Of a stretch of DNA of 64,000 nucleotides, positions 1 through 12,801 are shown piece by piece. Numbering within the stretch: position 1 is the stretch's first letter; each line of letters opens with the position of its first letter. A program made the position numbers and the translations under genes. The DNA is from Eledone cirrhosa (lineage: Eukaryota), in contig OZ024740.1 of the NCBI GenBank assembly GCA_964016885.1, forward strand, positions 164,796,001 through 164,860,000. The letters are read 5' to 3'. The notes under the pieces are model-generated. The model had not been told where the DNA came from. It did not search any database and saw only the letters and a list, made by a program, of their open reading frames with translations.

Positions 1-1294
1 TGTGATACTCAAATCAGTTTGTTGCTGTGCCTGCTCACCGATCTCCCTCTGTACTGTCTGGGCATCCACCCTGCCTGGGCATTGTGTCTAACATCCTGCT
101 CCCATATTCCTCTCCAGAATGTTTTAGTTTGTTCCGCCCCAGGGATCAAGTCGTTGCCTCTTTCTTTCCCCTCAAGCTGTCCAAACAGCATCTTCTGGTT
201 GTTGTCGAACATGCGGTTCTGTTTATACTGACTGACTCTGTTCTCGTATCGTCTGATTTTTGCACTCTTTGCTACAATGCGTTGCTTCAATTCCTCTATG
301 ATAATATTTAGCTTTTTACTCCTAGTTTTGTATTTTCTTTCCAGTCTATTTTTAGTGCCTATGTTTTTTAGTGTCCCATTCATTAGTGACTCAATCTTTC
401 CTATGTCATTTCTCATTTCCCCGATTTGCCCACTCAGTCGCTTCTTCCACCACGGCTCTGCTCTTTCTTGTCTGTTGTTTCCTCTCGCTTTTATACCAAG
501 TAGTTTCCTCACCGTATTTGCTGTTGCTTTGAGGATATTGTTGCACTGGTGAAGGTTCCTCGCCTCAAGGTATGGGATGACTTTGTTTACCTTAGCTGTT
601 GTTTCTTTTAACTTTTTCCTGTCTACAAATCTTAGGTTCATAGGTCTCCCACTATCATTGTTCAATTCATCTACCACTAAATTTAGGATGTCAACCGAAT
701 CTTGTCCTAGTCCGTCAGCATTCATCTCCTCAGTGGCCGTACCTCTGTTCCAGGTATTATTTATCTCAGTATTCAGATCATTGTCTGCTTCGGGTGGTTC
801 CTCCGTTCTCAGGACCTCTTCACCTTCATTTCCCACTGGCTCGCTTGTCTGGCATACTACACCCGCCATCTCCAAGCCATTCTCTCTGCTCAGTTGCTCC
901 AGTTCCAGCTCGCTTATCCACCCATTAGTTCTTATTATCCGAGCCTGCCCGGCCAATTTTTGTTCATCTAATTTAAATAAACCAATCTCGTTCCAGATGT
1001 TATGCATCCGTCTCCTGTAGCCCCTCTCCTTGGGGTTTCTTTTCAGGTAGCATTGCATAACAGTTCTATTCAATTCTTTCGTCCAGTTGGTTCTGGCCCC
1101 TTTCCTTCTTCTTCTTCCTCCAACATCAGCAGTATTTGGTTGACAGTCAGGTTCCTGCTGCTGAGCCAGGGGGCACCTGTTGGGTGAGAGTCTGTCACAT
1201 GACGTTCTAGTCTCCATTTCACCGTTATTCGAACTGTTTATGTTCGATATTTAAACACTCTTATCGAGGATTGGCGAATGTATAGTTACATAGC

Positions 1295-1295
<1 letters not shown>
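1..1295 (-). mobile_element. 5' portion of an R4/Dong-type non-LTR retrotransposon (continues off the left edge)
   Basis: Starts directly after (TAA)n on the minus strand. ORF 9..1217 has the R4/Dong N-terminal signatures RTNWTKELNRTVMQCY, PWWKKRL..QI..MR.DI, KQRIVAKSAKIRRYENR and FWRGIWE...HN. The last two recur in the element at 14106-17935. Confidence 0.85.
9..1217 (-). pseudogene. N-terminal part of the Dong-like single ORF (pre-RT region), probably frameshifted near position 40-70
   Basis: 402-aa ORF; similarity to the 15611..16816 protein is lost after HNAQAGW. Confidence 0.75.
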
Positions 1296-1328
<33 letters not shown>

Positions 1329-1340
1329 GTTATTGTTATT
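1296..1340. repeat. (ATT)n/(TAA)n microsatellite spacer
   Basis: Read directly from the sequence. Confidence 0.95.
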
Positions 1341-1551
1341 CCTTGAATCTCAGTCATTGATGTTGGTTAACTGGAAAGTCCGTTGGATTGAATATCAAGC
1401 CACTACCTGCAGCCTCAGATATTCAGGACGTATCGGAGGGTTCTTGCTGTTCCAAGCAAGCATGCCTTTTGAAGCGTTCCAAAAAGCGTGAAGGGGCCGA
1501 TTTTCTTTGAGCATTCCCTGGAAACCTTTGGAGATAGTCCCCAGTGCGCCG

Positions 1552-1555
<4 letters not shown>
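1341..1555 (-). mobile_element. 5'-truncated R4/Dong-type 3' end (family A)
   Basis: Encodes the RLE C-terminus KKIGPFTLFGTLQKACLLGTARTLRYVLNI*, then a 3' UTR and TAA tail; near-identical to 19673-19880. Confidence 0.88.

Positions 1556-1622
<67 letters not shown>
1556..1622. repeat. (ATT)n microsatellite
   Basis: Read directly from the sequence. Confidence 0.95.
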
Positions 1623-1623
<1 letters not shown>

Positions 1624-1703
1624 CCTTACGGGGTCGATAAAATAAAGTACCAGTAATGCACTGAGTAATTGCTGGCCTTGTGCTTGTGCCTAAAGTATAA
1701 ACA
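1622..1703 (+). mobile_element. 3' fragment of tRNA-derived Nin-domain SINE
   Basis: ATCCTTACGGGGTCGATAAAATAAAGTACCAG...GGCCTTGTG...AAACA followed by an ATT tail; matches the full copies at 12601, 42568 and 60589. Confidence 0.88.
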
Positions 1704-1946
1704 ATTATTATTATTATTATCATTATTATTATTATTGTTGGTGAAACCACGCTTCTTATCGCCTCCAGTTTTTTTCAACGTTTTACCTCGTTTTCAACCG
1801 TTCTAAACCTCTTATTCAAGTTTTAAATTTGATAAAAGTTTTAAATAAGTGACCCACCTTATACAGGGTTCACTCGTAAATAATACGGCACCCCTTTACG
1901 GGGTATCGTATTTGTGCAAAAATATTTTTTGAAAAAAAAATTCAAC

Positions 1947-3935
1947 ATGGATAACACAAGAAAGAGAGAGAGCGCTGTCAGACAACACAGAGAGAGGAAG
2001 ACTTTATCAGCATGTCAACAAGACAGCGTTCCGGCGGAGGTAAATATAAACGAAAATATTACAAAGGAAAAGAGGATTGTTACAGATTTAAAATTACCAA
2101 ATATTTCTAACACATACAACACCAACAATAACACCAACAACAACACTAACAACAACAACAATAATAGTAGGAACAGTATCAACAAAAACAACAATAATAA
2201 CAACAGCCACAGTAACAGTAACAACAGCAACAGTCAGTATCAACGAAAACAACAACAACAACACCAACAATTGTACCAACGAAAACATCAACAATGACAT
2301 CGATACCTGTAACAGCGATCTCAGCACCACCAGTAAGACCAGTAGCGGCAGCAATAGTGGTGCTGCTGAAAAAGGGACCACTTCTTTTGCAGGTGTCGCC
2401 CGAAATATCGAGTCAGTGTTAGTCAAAGAGGAGGAGATGGCAGTCGCAAGGGCCATGGTGACAAGAAGCGCCAATAGAGTCTCCCTGAAATCTCCACCCG
2501 ATATTTTCAAGGACCAGCAGCTACGGATGGTGACTTACCGCACCGTAAGCAAAATCTCACATCGGGTGGCGAGAGCCACGGAGGCTCAAATCCAAAAGGC
2601 CTTGGGGTGCGTCTGGGCACGCAAAACCCACATCACCCGAGGCAGAAAGTACGCCACAGTAGATGTACATTTCGCCACCCCCCAGGAAGCGAAGTCTCAC
2701 TCTTTGGAAACCCTAAAGAGTGATGAGATAGTTTTGGTGCCCTCCTACTGCGGCAGAAAATTGTGAGGGTCAAAGTGACACAGGTTCCACCCGACGTGCC
2801 CATACCTTTGGTGGCCGCGTCTGTCCTTACTGTAATCGAGGACAGGACGACCATGCTGCAAGTAGAGAAAATAGGGAGAGAGAACTGGTCAGGTATAGGC
2901 ATGTAAATGCTTATACAAACTGACCAGGAATGTATCGACGCTATCCCCGATATCATAGACATCGATGAAGGACTCCAACTCCCTAAAAGCGTAGAAGGAA
3001 GACGGCAAAAATGTTATCTCTGTGGGTCGAAGGGTCACCTCAGGGCCTTTTGCCCGCAGAAGATAGCGAAGAAGAAGGCCCCTCTCCTTCCAATACCTGG
3101 TCCGCTGCTACCAAGAGCAGGGCAGGGAACAAACGCAGAAGCCCCTTGCACGGTGAGTAGGAGGGCAACGTCCGTGGCAGCCGTACCAAGGCCACGGACA
3201 ACTAAAGCATCAGCATCAGTGGCGGCAACACCAATAGCTAGATTTGAAGTAGCTACACCAGCAACAAAATTGCCGAAGAGGGCTCCACTACCACCACCAA
3301 CAGCCGTGGAGCACATACCCCTCCCAGGCGCCACGAATCCGACAAGGAGTTTGAGGCGGGAGTGAAGTGGCAAACGGTCTGCCACAAAAAACAAAAACCC
3401 CCAAAAAACCTTATATTCACCCTCCAAAAGCAAAGGCACACAAAGAGAGGTAAAGGCAGCAAGGAGACTTGCAGCAACACCACCACCATCACCATCACCA
3501 CCACAAGCACCACCGCCAACAACAACCACACCACCACCAGCATCACCAAAAACACCAACAACGCACACAAAACAAAACACACACACCAAACAGCAACAGG
3601 AAGAAAACAGCAACACAATCACCCCTCCCCCCAAAACGCACACAGCCATAAATATGGCAAATAAAGAACTCATACAATATATAAAGCAGCACACAGATAT
3701 CACAGAAAAAAACTACTACACCCCGCCAACACCAAAAACTCTCCTGACAAATATAAGCATCATTGAAATCTCAATAGAACAGTACAAACATTTAAAACAG
3801 AATTTCCCCAACGCAGTTGGTGACTTCAGAGTGTCGGTTACCAGGAGGATATACACTGACATCCTCTTGGAAACACCCATTACCAGCCAAAGGGACAGTT
3901 ATACTGTCCCTTCACCACACGATCAATGTAAATGA
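1947..3935 (+). pseudogene. Tx1 ORF1 (gag-like), frameshifted
   Basis: Asn-rich N-terminus, SFA motif, putative RRM-like region, CCHC knuckle CYLCGSKGHLRAFC, Pro/Thr-rich linker, and a C-terminal block shared with copies 2 and 3. Confidence 0.8.
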
Positions 3936-3967
3936 CCTTTTCTCACTTGTCCTGTTTCTCATTCAAC

Positions 3968-6666
3968 ATGGTCGTACTCAGAATAGGCAGTATAAATGCA
4001 CGTGGCCTGGGGTCATCTTGGAAGCAGGGTCACCTGTTAAACGACGTCAGTTCACTAAATATAGATGTGGAAGTCATCAGCGAAACCAGAATCTCCGAAG
4101 CACAAGCACCGATCTTCGGCGACTACGATGTATGCGCATCTCCCAGCCGTCCAGGATCGGGGGGAGGGGTTGTCGTCCTTTTTCGGAGAGGCTTGGATCT
4201 TGCCACACGGGCCATCTTCATAGACCAAGAAGGTAAGTCGGTGGTGCTGGACGTGACCGGCAGCGAAGGCAATGCGTTCAGGCTAGTAGCCGTCTACGCC
4301 CCAACAGGGGCAGGACGGCCAGATTGCTTCAGACGTCTAGAGACCTTTCTTGGAACGTCCCGCTCTTTAGTGTTAGTGGGCGACTGGAACGGTATCTTTG
4401 ATGCACGCTTGGATTGTGTGGGGCTAGTGGATAGGGGAGGAAGGTATAAGACCCTCACCAACCTGCTCAGACGTTTTGAACTGTCTGACAGGTATGGACT
4501 GGATCACCCGAATTTGCCAATGTGGAATGGACAAACCGCATCGGGTCATGGAGTTCAGTGCATACCTCGACGGACTGCCTCGGCTCTCGACGACGTAGCA
4601 CAGTGTTGCGAAAAGCCAATAACAGCCGGGGAAATACCGGAAGCGATGGCTAACTGCACGAGGGATAAATCGCCAGGTTTGAATGGTCTGCCCTACGAGC
4701 TTTATGCATTTATGCCAGACTTGTTCGGTGACCTCTTGGCACACGTCTACTGCAACTGGCAGCAGAACGGGAGCATTCCCAGTTCTGTGATCCGGGGAGC
4801 GGTGGCGCTGCTGAGAAAAGACCCGAACAAGGGGGATGTTATCGATAATTTCATGCCCAAGATTTTGGCCAAGGTATTAGCAACGAGGTTGGCACTTTTC
4901 GTCAAGTGTCTGGTGGGAGAGGCGCAAACATGCGCCATTCCGGACATATCCATATACGACAACCTCCACCTCATGCGATACATCATAGAGAGGGTGTTTA
5001 AGGAACCTGGCACGGGTGGGGCCCTGATAAACTTGGATCAATCCAAAGCATACGATAGGGTCCACCATCGGTACCTGGCGATGGTCCTCGAGGCAGCCGG
5101 TTTCGGGACCGTATTCAGGGGTTGGATCGCTGCGATGTACAGCGACATCTGCTCAGTTGTGATGGTGAACGGTCACCTGTCGCAGCCGTTCAGCATCATG
5201 CGCTCAGTCCGCCAGAGTATTCCCCTCTCATTCCTCTTGTACGTATTGCCTCTCGAGCCGTTACTGCACAAACTGGGGGTGATGAGGGGCGTCCCACGCG
5301 AAATAGGATGCGGGAAATCCGAGTAGGTTTACGCCGACGACGTCACCGTGGTGGTGTCGAGCACCAGACACGTCCAGATGCTCGGCACCGCTCTCAAAGA
5401 ATACTAAGCGTTGACAGGAGCAAAGATAATCCAGGAAACGTCGGTGGTCTTGCAGCTCGGCACCTGGAGAGACAAGTCCATGCCGTCCGACAGCGTCATG
5501 GGGCGTTGGACGGACGGACCCGTTATATTGTTCGGGGTCTGATTCGGACCGGACCTCCAGATGGAGAAAAACTGGAACGAGGTGACGAGCAAGGCGGCTT
5601 CCCTCACTCAGAAAGGGGCCGAGAGGAGGCTGTCCCTGAAAGGCCGAGTGTAGGTGGCGAATGCGTACATCGCATCCGTCATCTGCTACCGCCTTAACGT
5701 CGTCCCTTGCCTCGGCCCAACTCTCACCAAAATGGAGCGCCTCCTCTTCCGCTTTTTGTGGAGGGACGCGCTCCCATGGTCAGACTATCCATCTGCTGTC
5801 AACACCCGTTGCGTGGAGGACTGGTCATGCCATGGCTGATGATGCGCAAACATGCGCTGAGGCTGCGGCATCTCTGGTGCTTCCTTGACGGTGAACAGGT
5901 GTGGTCGCCATTCGCCAGGCACCTTTTTCCACAGCTCATCTCCTTGACGGAGCTGCAGTCCTGGGTCAGAAAAAGACCGAGTGATAGCGCTTGGAAACTG
6001 GAATGTCTCCAGGCGCTCACTACCCTCTGCCAGCTGGGCACCAGTATCGGTGGAACGTCCACCTCGGCGTTCTATAGAGGACTAGTGGAGGGGAAGAGCG
6101 ACGACGTTCTCGGAGAGATCCTGGGCATCGAAGAAGATCAGCTGTTGGCTCTCTTCCGGAGAACTTTCAGCCCAGGGCCTATGAATAACTTCCCAAAATC
6201 CCTGACCTGGCAGTGCTACCGGGAAGAGCTGCCGGTTCCAGATAAGCTCTACAGGCACGGAAGTGTCGTCAGCCGAGCCTATCCGTGATGCGTCATCCAC
6301 TCACTCGTTCTGTTCCCGAGCATTGCAGACTTGTGAAGCTATGTCGAACAGTTGCTGTCGCGTGTAGGACTGATCCGGTTATCGACTGAATCCATTGTGC
6401 CGTCTTCCTTAGAGGAGGAAGGGCAGGCGATTTTCATCTGCCTGGTGGCCATTGCGAAAGAGATTGTGTGGTGGACAAGGTTGAAAGGGTTAAAGACAGA
6501 TACTTTCCTCTTCGGCGAATCCCTAATTAACTTTTTCAAGTTTCACTTGAAGAGGAAAATCAGGGCGGAGAGGCAAGTGCTCCCTTCTAGCAAGTTTGTT
6601 GAAAGGTGGGTGAATGTAGCGAGAATGGTCCGAGTGAACGGGACCGCTCTGAATATACGCCTGTAG
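3968..6666 (+). pseudogene. Tx1 ORF2: APE endonuclease, reverse transcriptase and C-terminal Zn-binding region, with stops and deletions
   Basis: APE motifs GSINARGL, ISET, AVYAP and VGDWN; RT motifs KSPGLNGLP, DQSKAYDRV, SVRQSIPLS and YADDVTV (5329-5350); C-terminus WWTRLKGLK. Confidence 0.9.
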
Positions 6667-6958
6667 TTTGAGAAATGGAAAAATTGAGAGAGGGCGCTTG
6701 CCCTGGTTGTCAGGGTGGCCGTGGTCTTTTGTGTGGTTTTCGTCACGAGTAACCCTCGGAAGTTTCCCCCCCCCCCCATTGGGGAATTTTTCATTGTTTC
6801 AATATTCATTTTTATTGTTTACATATATGTTTCTATGTCTTTTTTTTCCTTTCTTATATAAATAATAAACATATTTACACGCACAAAACCCACATCGTAC
6901 CGTCCTGTGCCGTCTGTAATATTTTTCTTGATGTCAGCCCTTGTGGCCAATAAATAAA

Positions 6959-6960
<2 letters not shown>

Positions 6961-6993
<33 letters not shown>
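6961..6993. repeat. (ATT)n between Tx1 copies 1 and 2
   Basis: Read directly from the sequence. Confidence 0.95.
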
Positions 6994-7195
6994 GGCGACC
7001 GACGTAGTAAATCGTATCATCGTGAGCTCCGCAAAGGTTTGTTGTTTTTAGTTGTTTAAAATTGCCATTTATGGAACATTTTTATTGTTAACTGTATATA
7101 AGTGCCCATACATTGTTTTCTGAAAAGGATACTCAAATAGATTGGGGCCTAGAGCCCAAAATTTAAACTTTTATAATTATCAAAAAAAAAAAATC

Positions 7196-9110
7196 ATGGT
7201 CGAACCCAGTAGCTGAGAGCCTTCCTCACAAACTAACACCTCACACCGACACCACCATTGTAAATATTACTACGTTTGCCAACACTAAAAATATAAGCAG
7301 TAGCAATATTTTAAATTTGTCTCAGGCAGACATTCATTTCCCGCCATTACCAATGACTGCAGGTGTTGAAGATGCCACCCTCACCACTACAACACTGACA
7401 ACAGAAACACAAAAGAAAAAAATAAATTATCTCGTGATATCGAAATGAACTCTTCCACGCCGAACACAACTGAAACTAAAATTAACAATAACAAAAATAA
7501 CGATAACAACAACAGCAACAATGAAATTAAGAAAACTACCCTCAGTTTTGCCAGAGTAGCACAAACGTGCGAAGCGATCCAAGTAACTCAGCAGGAATTA
7601 GAAGCGAAAAGAATGGTAAAGAAAGTTGGTACAGGGTCAGATTACCCCCCCCCCCCCCACTCACACACACCTAATAAAATGGAGCATCGTCGCCTATGCA
7701 CTGTGTCTTATCGGACAGTTAACATAAAATCGCGCCGAGTGGAACGGACATCGGAGTCCCAAATCCAAAAAGCTTTGGGACATGTGTGGGCAAAAAAACC
7801 CCACATCAAACGTGGGCAGAAATATGGAACCGAGGACGCGTTCTTTGAAACACCAGAGGAGGCCAGAGAACACTCCATGGCCCCATTAAGAAGTGACGAC
7901 TTCACACTCGTCTCAAGCTATTGTAGCCAGAGACTCGTGAAGATCAGGGTGACCCACGTTCCACCGGTCATCGAAATTCCCTGGTTAATGGCTGCCGTCC
8001 TCGCCGGCATCGAGGCCAACACCAAGTTAATCGAAATAGCGAAAGAAAAGCAGGAGAACTGGTCCGGATCTGGGATGGAGCTCCTGATCCAAGCGGACCA
8101 AAAAAACATTAAGGAAATTCCGGAGGTGATAGACCTCAATGACGGCAGCCAGCTCACCGTAATCGTCGAGGGCAGAAGGCCTAGGTGTGTCGCAGTGGTG
8201 AAGGAACCCACCTAAGGGCTTTCTGCCCTCAAGCTAAAAGGTTGAGGCCCCCTCTCTTACCCATCCCAGTGACTCAACCATCAACACCACCAGCATCAGA
8301 GATGGCAGCAACAACTGTAGCAGCAACAACAGAAGCAACTGTAACAGCAACAACCGCAGCAACAGTAGCAAAACGAACACCACCACCACCACCAGCAAAA
8401 CCAACACCACCACCACCCAACGCGCCAGAACTAGCACCAGCGCCTACACCATCCACCACGCCACAACCAAAACCAACGCCTGTGGAGGATTTTCCACTCC
8501 CCAGCTTATTGCAACTGGAGACAGATTGTGACGAAGAGGATAAGGAAACGGTATCAGAAAGTAAGAAAAAAAGAAAAAATTCTCTTTCTTCCACCTCCAA
8601 AAACAAAATACAGAGGGAAACAAATAAACTATCAAACATAAAGTTAGGACAGATATGCCACCATCCACACCAGCATCACCAATCCCATCACCACAAACAC
8701 CAACACCATCACCATCATTAACCCCAACACCACCATCACCAACACCACAAAAGTCACCAAAAAGCGAAACAGAAACAAACCCACAACAAACGCAAACAAA
8801 ACAAAACAACCAAAACGATATACACTACACAGCATTAAATTTGAACAACAACCAATTATTACACTACATCCAACACAACACCAGCATCACAGAAAAGAAT
8901 ACACAACAACCCAAAAGTTCACACCACCTCCACACATACAAATCACTCGCATCACACAGAAAACATACACGACAATAAAACAAAAATTCACCAAAGACAT
9001 CGGAGACTTCCGACAAACACTCTCCAGGAGGATTTATAAGGACATCCTGCCGGAGAAGGCCACGAGCAGTGAAAAGGATGGACAAACCATCCTTCCTCTA
9101 CGAGAAGTAA
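7196..9110 (+). pseudogene. Tx1 ORF1 (copy 2), frameshifted
   Basis: SFARVA, YRTVNIKSRRVERTSESQIQKALGHVWAKKPHI, knuckle remnant ..GEGTHLRAFCP, Pro-rich linker. Confidence 0.8.
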
Positions 9111-9149
9111 GGTAAGTGGTCTTTCCCATCTTTTCCACTCCATTTCAAC

Positions 9150-12100
9150 ATGACCTCACTCAGAATAGGCAGCATAAATGCCCGTAGATTGGGGTCGTCA
9201 TGAAAGCAGGGCCACCTGCTCAACGACCTCAGGTCACGAAACATAGATGTAGTGGCCATCAGCGAGACCAGAATCTCCGAAGCATGGGCCTGATTTCTTC
9301 CGGCGTCTGGAGACCTTTCTTGGAACGTCCCGCTCTTTAGTGTTAGTGGGCGACTGGAATGGGATCTTAGATGCACGCTGGGACTGTGTGGCATTAGCGG
9401 AAGAGGGTGCAAGAGCCTCACCAACCTGCTCAGGCGTTTTAAACTGTCCGACAGGTACCGATTGGATTTCCTGAATGTGCCAATGTGGACTTGGACAAAT
9501 CGCATAAGGTCATCCAGATCATATCTAGATAGAGTTTTTGTAGGGAAATAGATAGGTCTAGCATAGGCTGTCCACAATTCAAGATAGTCAGCTACACGAA
9601 CCACAAATTCATGATCTGTGTGCTTGACTTAGATAGGCGTCATAGACGAGGACCCGGCTACTGGAAGCTAAACGCGTCCATACCAGCGCGCAAGGCCTAC
9701 AGAGACCAGATTAGCGAACTAGTTAAGCGGGCGTTGACGGGGGCCATCGTCAACAACATGTGGTGGCTTGCTCTGAAAAGATCAATTAGAATAGAGTCCA
9801 TCAGGTTTAGTAAGGCTTTAGCAATAGAGATAAATAGAGCAGAGGGATAATTAGTTAGAAAATTAGACGAGGTGCTTAGCAAAGGCATCGCGACCGACGT
9901 ACTTGCGGCGAAATTTGTCCTTGACCAATTCTTCAATTCAAAGCACGAAGGCTGCGTTGTCAGAGCTAGGGTGCGTGCTTTCAGACACGAGGGGACGAAA
10001 GCTGTTCAATGGGCCCTAGTGGAGGAGGCGTGTCGTGGCAACAAAGCCACAATCCGGTCTTTGGTGGACCACGACGGGCACATGCTACTCGATCCCGGGC
10101 AAATGTGTGAAGCTTTTCAGCGACACTTCGCACAGTTGTTCGAGGGCAGCAGCGGGCCGGATCGAGGGATGGACTTTAGTGTCTACCTCGACGGACTGCG
10201 GCGGCTCTCGGCCACTGAGGCGGAGTGTTGCGAAAAGCCGATAACAGCCGCTGAAGTACGAGAAGCAATGATTGGCTGCACAAGGTGTAAATCGCCTGGT
10301 TTGGATGGTCTGCCCTATGAACTTTACGTACAGATGCCAGACTTGTTCGGAGGCCTCTTGGCGGACGTCTACTGCAACTGGCAACAGAACGGGAGAATTC
10401 CCAGCTCTGTGAGCCGACGAGCTGTGGCGCTGCTGAGAAAGGATCCGAACAACGGGGATAACATAGATAATTTTAGGCCCATAACTCTGCTAAACACAGA
10501 GTTCAAGATTTTAGCCAAGGTGCTAGCAAATAGGTTGGCGCTCATCGCTGGTGGTCTGGTGGGACAGGAGCAGACATGTGCCATTCCCGACAGATCCATC
10601 CACGACAACCTCCACCTCATGCGATACATCCGGTAGCTAGGGAACCTGGCACGGGTGGGTCCTTGATCAATTTAGATCAGTTGAAAGCTTTCGATAGGGT
10701 CGACCATCGTTACCTAGCGGCAGTCCTGAGGGCGGCCGACTTTGGACCCGTCTTCAGAGGCTGGATCGCTGCCATGGACACCGACATCTGCTCTGTGACG
10801 AGAGTGAATGGTCACCTTTCGAAACCGTTCAACATCATGCGCTCGGTCCGTCAAGGATGTCCCCTCTCGTCCCTCTTGTACGTATTGACTCTCGAGCCAT
10901 TACTGCACAAACTGGAGACGTTGAGGGGGGGGGGTCCCCCGCGCGAACTAGGATGCGGAATATCCGTGTCAGAATATGCGGACGATGTCACCGTAGTGGT
11001 GTCGAACGCCAAACACATCGAGGGGATCGGTACTATACTAAGAGAATACGAAGCGGTGATAGGAGCAATGATCAACCAGGAAAGGTCAGTGGGCCTGCAG
11101 CTCGGCACCTGGAGTGGCAGGTCCATGCCGTCCAACAGCGTCGTCGGGCGCTGGACGGACGGACCGGTTAAATTGCTCGGGGTCTGGTTCGGTCCTGACC
11201 ACCAGACGGACAAAAACTGGGACGAGGTGACGAGTAGGGTGGCTTCTCTCACCCAGAAATGGGCGGAGAGGAAGCTATCCCTGAAAGGTCGAGCGGAGGG
11301 GGTTAACGCGTTCATCGCGTCGGTCATCTACTACCGCCTGACCGTCGTACCTTGTCCTAAGCCCCGCCTGACTGCGCTAGAGCGTTTGCTCTTTCTCTTT
11401 TTGTGGAAGGGACGCGCTCCGATGGTCAGGAGGTCCATCTGCTGTCAACACCCGCTACGTGGAGGGCTGGGATGCCGTGGCTGATGATGCGCAGACACGC
11501 ACTCAGGCTACGACATCTCCACCTCTTCCTCGACGGTGATCAGGTGTGGTCGCCGTTTGCTAGACGCATCTTTCCCAGCTCGTCTCCTTGACGGAGCTGC
11601 AGTCATGAATCAAGCGAAGACTGAGCGGGAGCGCTTCGAGACTGGAATGTCTTCAGGCGCTCATAGCCCTCGACTAATCGGGCAATGTGATCGGTGGAAA
11701 CTCCACCTTGGCGTTCTATAGAGGATTAGTGGAGGGGAAGAGCGACGACGTACTTGGGGAAACTCTAGGCACCGACGAAAATCAACTAGCCAATCTCTTC
11801 GGAAGAACTTTCGGGCCGGGGCCTATGGACAACTTCCAGAAATGCCTGGCCTGGCAGTGCTACCGAGGAGCTTTGCCTGTTCGGGATAAACTCTACAGGC
11901 ATGGAGGTGCCGTCACCTGAGCATGTCCGAGATGCGCGCAGAGCGACGAAACCGTCCTGCACGTACTCGTCCAGTGTCCGAGCATTGCTGACTTGTGGGT
12001 TTATGTCGAACACCTGCTGTCGCGTGTAGGACGGATCCAGCTATCAGCTGAGTCCATCGTGAGGATTGCCCCGCCCTCTTCCTTTAGCCGGGAAGGACAG

Positions 12101-12340
12101 GCAGGTTTTATCTGTCTGGTGGCCATCGCGAAAGAGATAGTATGGTAGACACGTTTGAAAGGGCTGAAGACGAGCACTTAGCTCTTCAGTGATGCCCTGA
12201 TTAACCTTTTCAAATTTCATTTGGAAAGGAAAATCATGGTAGAGAGGGAAGTGCTCTCTTCCCAGCATTGTGTTGAAAGATGGGTGAGAGAGGCATGAAT
12301 GGCCCGAGTGAATGAGCCTACTCTGAGTATGTGTCTGTAA
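9150..12340 (+). pseudogene. Tx1 ORF2 (copy 2): APE with an internal deletion, RT and C-terminal Zn region
   Basis: GPGYWKLNAS, NFRPITLLNTEFKILAK, DQLKAFDRV, VRQGCPLS, YADDVTV and CPRCAQSDETVLHVLVQC. Confidence 0.9.
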
Positions 12341-12600
12341 ATTAAAGGTGGAAAACTGGGAGAGGGCACTCGCCCTGGTGGTCAGGGTCACTGTGGCTTT
12401 TTAATGGGCTTTCTCCACGTATGTCCCTCGGAAGTCTCGCCCCTATTGGGGAATTTTTTCACAGTTCTATTATTACATCCTCTGTTTCTTGTTTTTTTTA
12501 CACACAGAAATTCTCTTTTGTACCGTCCTGTATTATCCTGTACTGTCCTTAATGGCTACTTTTTGTAAACCCTTGTGGTTAATAAAGAAAGCATTATAAT

Positions 12601-12780
12601 GGTGGATTGACAGTATCGGTAGAGAGTCGGACGCCATGCTTTCCAGCATAGTTACGTCCCTTTACGGTTTGAGTTCAAATCCCACCGAGGTTCACTTTGC
12701 CTTTCATCCTTACGGGGTCGATAAAATAAAGTACCAGTAATGTACTGGGTTATTGCTGGCCTGTGCCAAAAGTAGAAACA
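12601..12780 (+). mobile_element. tRNA-derived Nin-domain SINE, near full length (octopus OR1/OK-like)
   Basis: A-box-like TG(A)CAGTATCGG, B-box GAGTTCAAATCC, Nin/Deu-type core GCCTTTCATCCTTACGGGGTCGATAAAATAAAGTACCAG, ATT tail. Confidence 0.88.
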
Positions 12781-12801
12781 ATTATTATTATTATTATTAT
12801 T

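Larger units (their letters stand above)
1737..6960 (+). mobile_element. Tx1-clade (L1 superfamily) LINE, near full length, degenerate (copy 1, subfamily 1)
   Basis: 5' UTR, gag-like ORF1, APE-RT ORF2 and a 3' UTR with AATAAA, flanked by (ATT)n on both sides. Confidence 0.9.
6994..12592 (+). mobile_element. Tx1-clade LINE, near full length, degenerate (copy 2, subfamily 2)
   Basis: Begins GGCGACC after ATT, as does copy 3 at 20113; has ORF1 and ORF2; ends CCTTGTGGTTAATAAAGAAAGC+ATT. Confidence 0.9.

Noticed and set aside
1218-1295. HDV-like ribozyme in the Dong 5' leader (TCCTCG, and a TTCGCC/GGTGAA pairing)
   Set aside because: P1 and P3 cannot be formed.
6992-7020. TGGCGACC at Tx1 5' ends (also 20112) resembling an LTR primer-binding site
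   Set aside because: There are no LTRs, the following bases differ between copies, and they do not fit the antisense tRNA T-loop register.
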